A DNA stretch of 64,000 nt, from the IMG/VR virus record IMGVR_UViG_3300028666_000022, positions 1 to 64,000 of that record. One strand, given 5' to 3'. The notes under the pieces were generated by a model that saw nothing but the letters and a program-made list of their open reading frames with translations, was not told the origin of the DNA and made no database searches. Position 1 is the first letter of the stretch. Every line of letters starts with the position of its first letter. A program made the position numbers and the translations under genes. Positions 20,422-30,535 of the stretch are shown here, in pieces.

Positions 20422-21249
20422 ATGGAACCAAAAATAATTAGTGTTACACCTGCAGGAAGAAAACGATATTTAGAAATACTTGTACCATATTTATTATTAG
20501 AAAAATATAAAGGAAATATAAGTAAACATATTTTTTGGATAAATACTTTTAATGAAGATGACATAAATTATTTAAATGAAATATGTACCCAGCATTCAGA
20601 TTTTTTTGAACTTTTATATATGCCAGAAGAAGTTCGTGATTGTAATTGTAAATGCTTTACCCATTTTTATAAACATTGTTGTGAATCAAATACAATTTAC
20701 ATTAAAATTGATGATGACATTTGTTGGATTGATGATTATTGTATTAAAAACCTAATTCAATGTAGAAAAGAATATATTGAACCTTTATTGATAATTGCTA
20801 ATACAATAAATCATCCGATTTGTTCTCATTTACATCAACGTTTTAATATCTTGCCAATTGATTTTGGAATTGTTAAATATGATCCATATGATAATTATGG
20901 ATGGATGAGTGGAGAATTTGCTAAATTTGTACATGAATATTTTCTCAATAATTTGAAAAATAACAATACTAAAAACTATTATTTTTCAAATTGGTTTAAT
21001 TGGGAAAATATTCGTACTTCAATAAATATGATTTCTTGGTGGGGAAGTACAATGAAAAATGTGTATGATTTGATGGGTAATAATGATGAACAATCACTAT
21101 CAGTAGATATTCCTAATGCAATTAATACATCAACAATTATTGCTGGAAATGCTCTTGCTGTTCATTTTGCATATTTTACTCAACGAGAATATCTTGAATC
21201 TTCAACAAATTTACTCACAGTATATAAACAAATTTCAGAAAATTCATAA
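20422..21249 (+). CDS. Putative GT-A glycosyltransferase
   Basis: TPAGRKRYLEIL, YIKIDDDI (DXD-like), SINMISW, HFAYFTQ. Confidence 0.7.
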   Translation: MEPKIISVTPAGRKRYLEILVPYLLLEKYKGNISKHIFWINTFNEDDINYLNEICTQHSDFFELLYMPEEVRDCNCKCFTHFYKHCCESNTIYIKIDDDICWIDDYCIKNLIQCRKEYIEPLLIIANTINHPICSHLHQRFNILPIDFGIVKYDPYDNYGWMSGEFAKFVHEYFLNNLKNNNTKNYYFSNWFNWENIRTSINMISWWGSTMKNVYDLMGNNDEQSLSVDIPNAINTSTIIAGNALAVHFAYFTQREYLESSTNLLTVYKQISENS

Positions 21250-21252
21250 AAT

Positions 21253-21915
21253 ATGGTTTCAATTTGTATAATATCTGACACTCACAACAAACATAAACAA
21301 CTAATTTTACCACCAGCAGATATTATTATTCATTGTGGTGATTTTAGTTCAATGGGTTACGAGCATGAGATAAAAATTTTTATGAATTGGTTTTCAAATT
21401 TAAATCAATTTACATATAAGTTATGCATCGCAGGTAATCATGATTGGTTGTATGAAAGAAATCCTATTTTAGCTAGAAGTTTAGTTCCCGATAATGTAAT
21501 ATATTTGGAAGATTCTAGTGTTGAATTATTTGGTTTAAAATTCTACGGCACACCAGTTCAAAAAATATTTTATAATTGGGCATTTAATAGAAGTGAAGAA
21601 AAACTTGAACAACATTGGAAAGCAATTCCAGATGATACTGATGTCTTAATAACACATACTCCACCATATTCAATTTTAGATTATGTGCCACAAAGCAATT
21701 GTCACGAAGGTTCACCATCTTTATATTATGAAGTTTTGAATAGAATTAAGCCTTGTATTCATATGTGCGGTCATCTCCATAGCAATCATGGGGTTAAAGT
21801 AATTGAAAACACTACATTCATAAATGCTTCAAATTTAGATGAAGGGTATAAATGTGTTTACTCTCCAATACTAATAGAAATTGAAGATAGAAAAGTAAAC
21901 GTAGTTAATTACTAA
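21253..21915 (+). CDS. Calcineurin-like metallophosphoesterase
   Basis: ISDTH, HCGD, AGNHD, LITHTPP, GHLH. Confidence 0.92.
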   Translation: MVSICIISDTHNKHKQLILPPADIIIHCGDFSSMGYEHEIKIFMNWFSNLNQFTYKLCIAGNHDWLYERNPILARSLVPDNVIYLEDSSVELFGLKFYGTPVQKIFYNWAFNRSEEKLEQHWKAIPDDTDVLITHTPPYSILDYVPQSNCHEGSPSLYYEVLNRIKPCIHMCGHLHSNHGVKVIENTTFINASNLDEGYKCVYSPILIEIEDRKVNVVNY

Positions 21916-22338
21916 TTTTTCATAATGTTTACTATTTATTGAAAATAATTTTATTTAAAACATGGTTTTATGAATATTAAGAATTTATTTGAATTTTTAG
22001 AAAAAAATTTAGTTGATGATATAAACGGTGAATTAGTATTAGATACTAATCAAATTGTTTGGACATTCGATCTCAATAAAGACTCTGAAGAAATTGATGA
22101 AGATAATGATTGCGATGAATTTAGTTATAATTTACAAAGCAATGAAGAAATACTTCAAGAAATATATGTTGAGGATCTTGATTGTATCGTAGAGTTGATT
22201 TCTGATTTTGATGATGAAAGTACATATACTTTTTCAGAACCAGAAATTGGTGAATATATAATTTCTTTTAAAATTTCTAAAGAAAAATAAAATAATCATT
22301 GCAAATTAAAATTAAATCATTTACATTTGTAATTATAA

Positions 22339-22410
22339 GCGAGAGTAGCACAGTGATAGTGCTTAAGATTTCCAATCTTAAGGTCGTGGGTTTGAATCCC
22401 ACCTCTCGCT
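22339..22410 (+). tRNA. tRNA-Gly (TCC)
   Basis: GCGAGAG/CTCTCGC acceptor stem, TAAGA-TTTCCAA-TCTTA anticodon arm, GTGGG/CCCAC T stem. Atypical T loop (TTTGAAT) and D loop (GA instead of GG). Confidence 0.85.
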
Positions 22411-22438
22411 CAAAAAAATTTAATTAAACACATAAATC

Positions 22439-22894
22439 ATGAAATTATTTAAAGCACTTAAATTAAAAAAGAAATTAATTGGTGAAATCACCAAATTAAA
22501 AGAACAAATTAAAGAAAAAAATTCTTATATTGTTGGTTCACTAAATTCAGAAAAATTTGATGTTAACGAACTCTATTCTGAATTACAAATAAAATTAGAT
22601 GGATTAGTTAGTTTAAAATTTGCAATTAATGAAGCAAATAGAGAGATTCAATCTAAAATATTTGTGCTTTCTGAACAAAAAGCATTATTAAGTTTTTGGA
22701 ACGAAGTTTCTGTTGTCGAAGGAATGCAACAACTAGGATATTCAGATACCATAAGAGAATATAAAGTTCAGGTTGATGAACAAAAACGTAATGAAATGGT
22801 TAAAGAATTCCAAAAAAAGATTGATGCCTTGCAGGAAGAACTTGATATATTTAATTATAATACTGAAATACCTTGGGACTCTTTAACTGAATAA
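22439..22894 (+). CDS. DIP1984-like coiled-coil protein
   Basis: MKLFKAL...LKFAINEAN...IDALQEELDIFNYNTEI pattern. Confidence 0.6.
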   Translation: MKLFKALKLKKKLIGEITKLKEQIKEKNSYIVGSLNSEKFDVNELYSELQIKLDGLVSLKFAINEANREIQSKIFVLSEQKALLSFWNEVSVVEGMQQLGYSDTIREYKVQVDEQKRNEMVKEFQKKIDALQEELDIFNYNTEIPWDSLTE

Positions 22895-22905
22895 TTATCT
22901 TATAT

Positions 22906-23069
22906 AGAAGTGTGATATTGAAAATTTAAAAGCATAATGAAAACAAGACTCAACGAAAACGATAGTGATTAGAATGTTCAAAATTTTTGTATTCATGTTT
23001 TTAAGATTTAAACTTTAAGATTCAAGACTTATTTTATCATTTAACTTTTGAATTAGATTTCACACTTCT
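22906..23069 (+). ncRNA. Candidate 3' structured RNA of the DIP1984-like gene
   Basis: Perfect 10-bp closing stem AGAAGTGTGA/TCACACTTCT enclosing ~145 nt with TTYAAR heptad repeats, followed by a U-tract. Confidence 0.45.
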
Positions 23070-23110
23070 TTTTATTTTCTTATTATAAATTTCGTAATCA
23101 TAATTTCATT

Positions 23111-24142
23111 ATGAAAGATTCAGCAATTAAGTTCGATTTTAATGATATAACAATAATACCTACAGTTCTAAGTGACATTGATTCAAGAAGCGAAATAAAT
23201 CCATTTTTAGGTGTAAATTTACCAATATTTACTGCACCTATGGATATGGTAATCAATGAAAATAATATACATATATTTGAATCAAACAATATTAATATTT
23301 GTTTACCCAGAAATATTAAGTATGAAAAAATAAAAAATGAAAATTATTTTTATTCATATGGACTTGATGAAATTATTGAAAAATATAATGATGGTGTAAA
23401 ATTACCAAAAAGAGTATTGATTGATACTGCTAATGCACACATGTTAAAAACATTTAATATTTCCAAAGCATTAAAAGAAAAATTTGGTAATGAAATTGTA
23501 TTAATGGTTGGTAATATTGCAAATCCCGAAACATATAGAAAATATTGTGAAATTGGTGTTAATTGGCTAAGAGTTGGAATTGGCGGGGGTTCAGTGTGTA
23601 CAACTTCGGCTAATGTTTCTATACATTTTGCAATGGCTTCATTAATTAATGAATGTTATTTAATTTCCAAAGAATTTGAAAATCCAACAAAAATAATTGG
23701 AGATGGTGGATTTAAAAATTTTGCTGATATAATTAAAGGTCTTGCATTAGGATCATCAGCAATTATGCTTGGTGGAATTTTTAATAAAACATTGGAGAGT
23801 TGTAGTGATACGTTTATTTTAGATGATGAAAACGATTATATTAGAGTCGATTATGAAGAATCATTAAAACTTTTTAATGAAGGTTGTAATCTATATAAAT
23901 ATTATAGGGGGATGTCAACCAAAGAAGTTCAAAAAATTTGGAATAGAAAAGAATTAAAAACTAGTGAAGGTATAACTAAATTTAATAAAGTAGAATATAT
24001 TCTTCCTAAATGGTGTGAAAATTTTACTGATTATTTAAGAAGTGCTATGTCATATACTGGTGCAAGAACATTAAATGACTTTATTGGCAAAGTTGAATTT
24101 TGTCAAATCACAAAAAATGCATATGAGCGATTTAATAAATAA
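23111..24142 (+). CDS. GMP reductase / IMP dehydrogenase family
   Basis: FDFNDITIIP, APMD, IDTANAH, GNIA, VGIGGGSVCTT, IIGDGG, MLGG, YRGMST, LRSAMSYTGAR. Confidence 0.9.
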   Translation: MKDSAIKFDFNDITIIPTVLSDIDSRSEINPFLGVNLPIFTAPMDMVINENNIHIFESNNINICLPRNIKYEKIKNENYFYSYGLDEIIEKYNDGVKLPKRVLIDTANAHMLKTFNISKALKEKFGNEIVLMVGNIANPETYRKYCEIGVNWLRVGIGGGSVCTTSANVSIHFAMASLINECYLISKEFENPTKIIGDGGFKNFADIIKGLALGSSAIMLGGIFNKTLESCSDTFILDDENDYIRVDYEESLKLFNEGCNLYKYYRGMSTKEVQKIWNRKELKTSEGITKFNKVEYILPKWCENFTDYLRSAMSYTGARTLNDFIGKVEFCQITKNAYERFNK

Positions 24143-24629
24143 AACTGATTATTCTGAATTAATTCAAAAATATAGTAATATATTAGAATTGATTAATGCT
24201 GGTGATAACATTTCAAACCTTGCTGTTGTTATTGATATTGGAACTAAATATATTAAAGAAAAACATAATGATTTAAATCCAGATTGGAAAACTTGGTCAC
24301 TGTTTTATTTACTTAAGAAATATTTGAAAAATAATGTTCAAAACAAATTTGAGATAAATAAAATTATCGATGAATTTGTTATTTATTATAAATTAGAATA
24401 TCAAAATTATAATAATGAATTAGAATTATATGTGAGTGATTTTGATAGAGATTATGAATTTGTTTATGAAAAACTTTGAAATAAACTCTGAATTACATGA
24501 TCAACTTAAATTAATACATTCTTTTCATAATGAATTAAAAAAAATTCGAAAAGAAATGGGAATTGATTCATATTTTGAATTATATAATGAACTTATATCT
24601 GAATTAAAAAATTAATTAAATTTATAATA

Positions 24630-24824
24630 ATGAACGATAAGCTTGAAGAATTATATAATAAAGGTATTGAAATTTTTGGTACTGAAATAGATTTTAGTTT
24701 ATGGTTACATAAAAATTCTTATGGTTTAGGAAATGTAAAACCAATTAAATTAATTGTTACTTCAGAAGGTATTGATTTGGTATTAGATGCACTAACCTCA
24801 ATCGAATTTGGTACAACAGCTTAA
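24630..24824 (+). CDS. Stand-alone Xre/MbcA/ParS antitoxin C-terminal domain
   Basis: GIEIFG..F.LWL...YGLGNVKPI.LI.T.EG..LV...L..IEFG signature. Confidence 0.8.
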   Translation: MNDKLEELYNKGIEIFGTEIDFSLWLHKNSYGLGNVKPIKLIVTSEGIDLVLDALTSIEFGTTA

Positions 24825-24868
24825 AATTTTAATTTAATTCAATTAACTATTTATAGAAAATAGTTTTT

Positions 24869-25402
24869 ATGAAATCATTACTACAATTAATAAAAGAAGA
24901 AATTCATGATTTTGTCTCAGATTATTGGGGAGACTCATCGGCTGAACCAACATTAGCAGATAAAGTGTATTTTAGAAATCAAGGAATAGAAACTAAACCT
25001 GCAGAAACTCAAGTAAGCGGTGAATTGATTGGTTATATTAAAAAACAAGTAGATAGACCACTAAGAGAAGCTGTTCCAGTGTATAAAAATCCAAAAAATC
25101 TTAATGGATATACTTCTAATACTAGAGGTGTTTTATTAACTAATGGTGATTTCTATGTGGCAAAAAGTTTTAATGCACTACATGATAGTATATTAGATTT
25201 ACTTGCTGAAAAAAATATAATACCGTTAGCATCTAAATTTGATTATGCTGAAAAATACCCCAAAGAATTTGTTGCGGTTCAGAGAATTGAAAATTCAAAT
25301 ACATTTGGTCAATCAAGTGCTTATGATAGTTTTCCAAATTATTATATTGAAATATTTGATAACGGAGAAGCAAAACAACCCTATGGTTTTAGTCAATATT
25401 AA
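24869..25402 (+). CDS. Hypothetical late protein (LIKEEI N-terminus)
   Basis: TATTTATA at 24848 immediately upstream. Confidence 0.55.
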   Translation: MKSLLQLIKEEIHDFVSDYWGDSSAEPTLADKVYFRNQGIETKPAETQVSGELIGYIKKQVDRPLREAVPVYKNPKNLNGYTSNTRGVLLTNGDFYVAKSFNALHDSILDLLAEKNIIPLASKFDYAEKYPKEFVAVQRIENSNTFGQSSAYDSFPNYYIEIFDNGEAKQPYGFSQY

Positions 25403-25434
25403 TATTTTTTTGTTTAATAAAAAATTTCTCGCAG

Positions 25435-25875
25435 ATGAAGGCAAGTATTGAAAGAATTAACAGAGAAAAGATTTTACTTATTTTAAACTGGTGTGAAAAA
25501 AAATTTGGAAAATCAAAATATTGGGAAACAATGCCAAGATTGAGGGTTTATAAAACAAATGGTCACACAAAAATAAAAAGATATAAAGAAGGAATATTTG
25601 GATATTTCATAGATAATGAAATTGTTATATTTGTTGGGAAACATAATTCAATAAAAAGTTTGTGTAGTACAGTAATTCATGAATATAAACATTATTTATC
25701 TGATTTTAGAGAATGGGAAACAATTCTTAATAAGAAAAATAATTCAACCGATAGCATTCACGATTCTAAATATGATGTATACAATTCTTCTTTTGAAAAG
25801 AAGGCCAGAAGATTTGAAAATAAATGGAAAGACGTTTGTTTTAATGAATTAAGAAATAAATTATATCAAAAATAA
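25435..25875 (+). CDS. HEXXH zinc metallopeptidase-like protein
   Basis: STVIHEYKHY with downstream FEKKAR. Confidence 0.6.
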   Translation: MKASIERINREKILLILNWCEKKFGKSKYWETMPRLRVYKTNGHTKIKRYKEGIFGYFIDNEIVIFVGKHNSIKSLCSTVIHEYKHYLSDFREWETILNKKNNSTDSIHDSKYDVYNSSFEKKARRFENKWKDVCFNELRNKLYQK

Positions 25876-26486
25876 TTAAATGGAAAGTCCATTAGATAAT
25901 AACAATCAATATTCTTTTATTCCTCAGGGATATGAGCATAACATTTTGGATGAATTAGAAAAAATTGTGAAAGAAGAAATTGAGAAATTAGCAGAAAAAG
26001 AAAACCTGAACAAATAATAATTATATTCAGGTTTTTATTATCATATTATTTACTAATTTTTCTTATTTTAATATTTCTTAATTGTAAATTTAAATTCTTT
26101 ATTCTCTACATCCATAAACACATAATTCTCTTCACATTTTACTTTGTATTTTAAATCAATATTGAAAAATAAATTACCAATATTTTCTGGTAAATCACTT
26201 AAAATGGATGTTTTAATAAAAAAATTAATACTATTATCTAAATTAATCTTAGATTCGGTAACAGAAAAATTATCATCATCCTCCAATAGTTTTAATGCTA
26301 TTAGTAAATGTTTATAGAGTTCAATCTCTTCTTTATTTGCAAAATCATACTTAAGTGCCAAATCAAGAATATTTGTGCTTTCACAACATTCATCATCTTC
26401 GTCATCATCGAATTTTCCCATAAGTAAAAAATATAGATAATCAAATGTATGAAATATTATTTAATAAAAAAAGAAATTTAGAAAAT

Positions 26487-26918
26487 TTATGTGAATAATT
26501 TATCCGAAATTGTATGAACAGCAGCTCCTGACTCCAAACCAATAAAAATGAGAATAAATGTATGTGGATGAATAAATTTGAAAATAATATAAACATCATG
26601 ATTTAAAAATAGAATAACTAAAGGAATAATTGAGATATACAGAATTCTTATTATTGTACCAATAATTAAACCATGACTGAAAATACTTCTATGGTGAAAC
26701 ATCAACTGATATGGTATCCACACCATTTTCAATAGCCACCATCGGTTATATGGTTTTGAATTCATATCCAAATCTCCATTGAACATCAAAGATGAAAATA
26801 AATATAAACCAAAAATAATGCCTGTTGTTTTAATTTCTTTAGTTAAATAATAAGTAATAACTAAAACTACTGGTGAAACAACTAATGTAATAATGTCATG
26901 TGTTTTTCCGTTTGGCAT
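26487..26918 (-). CDS. DUF2227-like metal-binding membrane protein
   Basis: MPNGKTHD, GDLD, WIPY, HRSIFSHG..IGT..R, VHTISD. Confidence 0.8.
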   Translation of the reverse strand: MPNGKTHDIITLVVSPVVLVITYYLTKEIKTTGIIFGLYLFSSLMFNGDLDMNSKPYNRWWLLKMVWIPYQLMFHHRSIFSHGLIIGTIIRILYISIIPLVILFLNHDVYIIFKFIHPHTFILIFIGLESGAAVHTISDKLFT

Positions 26919-27345
26919 GATAATATGTATTTAATTCAACAATAATTATTATGGTTATATATTACGAAAATTATTAATGATTGTTACAAGAAATATTTTG
27001 AAATTTTCATTGCAAATAAAATAAATTAGTTTATCTTTGTTCTCTAATAACAAATTTTTAATTCTTAAATGACAAATTAAAGTAAATAATCACATTAAAT
27101 AATGAAGATGATATAATATATCATTATTAAGCCAAATATCAAAAAATGGTAAGATAAACATACTTAAACATAAAAAATTAATGAATACCAAACCATATAA
27201 AATTAGAAAATCCTATAAACTAACAAAGAAAGATTTAAAACTAATTGAAAAAAGATGTGAAGAAATTAAAAAATTTCTTGATGATTCAAGAAAAATTGAT
27301 TATGAACAACTGAATAAGCCAATGGATATATAAAAATATTTTATA

Positions 27346-27606
27346 ATGGAATATTCTCTTAAAATTGCCGAACTCCTAAAAAGAGAAAAGATTAGAAACG
27401 ATAAATCATTCGAATTCATGAATAGAATGAACAATATGGAAATCATTCAATTTGAAAGAGAAATAGAATTAATACTAACTGAAGAGAATGTAGAAAAAAA
27501 ATATCCTGATTGGAATTACGAATTCCTGAATAAACTAATTAACAGAGAAGCATTATATAAAATTTTTATAGAGAATGAAATTGATAAGAAATTTATCGTA
27601 AAATAA
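27346..27606 (+). CDS. Hypothetical protein, paralog of 28608-28883
   Basis: Shared LKI.E...IRNDKS.EF.N.M...EIE..L.EE.VE.K.PDWN. Confidence 0.65.
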   Translation: MEYSLKIAELLKREKIRNDKSFEFMNRMNNMEIIQFEREIELILTEENVEKKYPDWNYEFLNKLINREALYKIFIENEIDKKFIVK

Positions 27607-28607
27607 CATTTAATTAATATATTATGAAAACATTAAAAGATAAAATCTTTAAACTAAGAAATGAATAATAAATATATTTCAATAAAGCAAGATTTACATA
27701 ATCTAGGTTTTAACATAACCAAAAATATTGTTTTAGCTGATATTTGCGATCTCTTCGAAAATTCGGATATCACCACCAGAATTACCTATAGATACGGAAA
27801 TAAAAACTTTTGTTTAGAAAAACTAGATTTAAAAACAGATAAATGGATAACAATATTTAAGGGAATAGTAAATAATAAGAATGATTTAATGAAAATTCTA
27901 AAAAAACATGATAATAATTAATTTTAATTAAAACACAATTCAATGAAAACAAAAGAAGAAACAAACAATCTTGACCCCAATATTAATCCACAACTTACAA
28001 ATCATGTTTATTTGGTAAAATATGATAGTGGTCTATGGGATACTTATGAGTGGAAAATAATTGGAATATTTTCAAACAGAATAGATGCACAAAAAGTTTG
28101 TGACGATATAAAAAGAAAAATTGAAGAAATTAAATTAATACCATGTCCAGTTGATGAAGAAAAAGAACTTGAATTTACAGAGGAAGAAGATGATCTGTAC
28201 TTTAAATGGTTATGTGAACTTAACGATGCAAAAGAATTCAATAAATGTGTTGTTGTAGAATTTGTACTAGATAAAATGGTGGAATAAAACTGTGACTTAA
28301 ATGTAATTAAAACTTAATATATTATGAAATCAGAAAATATAGATTACCTCTTTAATGAAGGATTTATTCCACTAATTGATTATGAAACCAAATTTAATGA
28401 TAAATTATTAATTTGGTTCCCCTCTTCTAAATATAGAAAAAATAATATCATCGCAACTCCATATGAAAACCATATAATCTATTTTGAAATAACTAACGTT
28501 AATGTAAATCCTCTAACAGGATATAGAACACCTGATTTAAAAGAAATTAAATATAAAAATAATTAAAATAAGAATTTAAATTTAATAGTATTAATAAATA
28601 AAACACA

Positions 28608-28883
28608 ATGATCCATACCCTTAAAATAAGTGAAATAGTCAATAGAAAAATCATTAGAAATGATAAGTCCGAAGAATTCCTTAATAAAATGACTGACGAG
28701 GAAATAGAAATCTATTTTAAAGAAATTGAACATAGTCTAAATGAAGAAGAGGTTGAACATAAATTTCCAGATTGGAATATTGCAGTTTTAGCTAAAATAA
28801 TCGATAGAAGTATTTTATATAATTTTTTCATTGACAATGATGTGGAAAAACATATTAATAAACCAATAATTATTACAAAATAA
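28608..28883 (+). CDS. Hypothetical protein, paralog of 27346-27606
   Basis: Same motif pattern as 27346-27606. Confidence 0.65.
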   Translation: MIHTLKISEIVNRKIIRNDKSEEFLNKMTDEEIEIYFKEIEHSLNEEEVEHKFPDWNIAVLAKIIDRSILYNFFIDNDVEKHINKPIIITK

Positions 28884-29748
28884 AATTCAACATGATAACA
28901 AAAATAAAGGAAATTGGAAATTATTATGGTTCTTTACATGTAAAAAAAGACAATAGAAAATATTATATGAAAGTATTTTGTGAAGTATCAGAAAGAGAAT
29001 GGAAAGAAATAAGCAAAGAACTTTATGATTTGTTAATTATACTAAATTGTGAATAAAATAATTTTATATTAAAACTTTTATTATGGGTGTAGATTATGAT
29101 GCCAACTTTGGAATTGGTTACAGGCTTAAGAACAAATTCTTCGAGGATGATGAAAACGGTGAAGAATTTGATATGGAATCATATCTTGATGATGTAATCA
29201 CTGATGATTTCAGATATTTTAAAACTGGAAGCGGTAGTTATACTGGTGAAGAAAATGAATATTATCTGGTCATAAAAAATCCTTTTGAAACAGGATTGGA
29301 TTTAACTGAGAAGAAAAAATTGCTTGATGATTTCCTTGCGAAAAATGATCTTGAAGTCGATGGTGATTTTGATGTAGTTGGTGGATTACATGTTTGGTAA
29401 TAATGTGTTGTGAAATATGTGCCTTAATGAAGGGGTTTTATAAATTATATTTGTCCAGTTTATTTACTAAAATACTGGACATTTAAATGATGGTATTATT
29501 AACAATAAATTTTATGAAAGGTATCTCATCGAAACAATTTTGCCCTACAAATGATTTTAAGGTAGGAAAACCAGAAGGTAAATGCTGGAGCAATGGTAAT
29601 TATCATTGTAACGAATGTAAGTGGTTAAATCCATTCTTTTTAGATAAAGAGGTTTTAAATAATGCATTAAGTTCTCAAGGTGGAATTAGAATAACAACAT
29701 TTAATAATAGGTTTTTGTAAATGGAGAAATTTTTTTATAAAATTTTTA

Positions 29749-29782
29749 ACAAGTCACTTTTAATAGGGTGACTTTCTTTTTC
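29749..29782 (+). terminator. Intrinsic terminator
   Basis: AAGTCAC..GTGACTT hairpin followed by a U-tract. Confidence 0.6.
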
Positions 29783-29962
29783 TGGTTTTTATAAAAGAGG
29801 TTTTATTAAAACAGAAAAATTATTTTGAAAAAATTTTAACCTTTAGAAATATTACTTCTGTAGCACCCACAGGGGTTTTGACGGGAGGGACCGGCATCCC
29901 TAGAGCCGGAGGATACCCAATACCCATATACATGTAAGTTAGTTTAGAATCATTCCATATAA

Positions 29963-30535
29963 CTAAATTAAATCAATACTATCTTTATTTACCTTAATAT
30001 TATCTACATTACCTATAATAAAATCCCTGAACTTATCTGATCTTAAGTCTAAGTATTTCTTAATGGCGTTCTTTGCAAGAGTCTTATCATTGCTCTTTAC
30101 TTCTTTATATTCACCCTTAACCAGAACAGTTTTATTAATAGCTTGACCAAAGATATGAAGCTCACAAGTTTCTTTATGCAGTCTTATAGCAGGAGTAAGA
30201 TTTATATAAGTATCACTTTGTGCTTTACTCTGTGTTGATCTTTCGTCAGGGTCTTTACTAAGGTTTTTTTCTGCACTGGATAAAAGTTCCTGAAGAGCAA
30301 GTTTACAAACTTCAATAGCAATATTAGATTTACCAGCTATTTCCTTTAGGTTTTCATCATTACAATTACTTAGCTTTTCAAAATCTGTTTGTTTAGCATT
30401 ATAAACACTAAGATTGACATTAATGATGTGATTAGCTATCTCACCAGTGCTTTTGCTTTTATAGTTGTTAAGGCTAATAAAAGAAACACCCTTAAGGGAT
30501 TGAAATTTGTTTATAAGTTCTTTAGTGTTTTTCAT
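29963..30535 (-). CDS. Conserved hypothetical phage protein
   Basis: 190-aa ORF (GVSFISLNNY..GEIANHIINV..GEYKEVKS.DKTLAK). Confidence 0.6.
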   Translation of the reverse strand: MKNTKELINKFQSLKGVSFISLNNYKSKSTGEIANHIINVNLSVYNAKQTDFEKLSNCNDENLKEIAGKSNIAIEVCKLALQELLSSAEKNLSKDPDERSTQSKAQSDTYINLTPAIRLHKETCELHIFGQAINKTVLVKGEYKEVKSNDKTLAKNAIKKYLDLRSDKFRDFIIGNVDNIKVNKDSIDLI

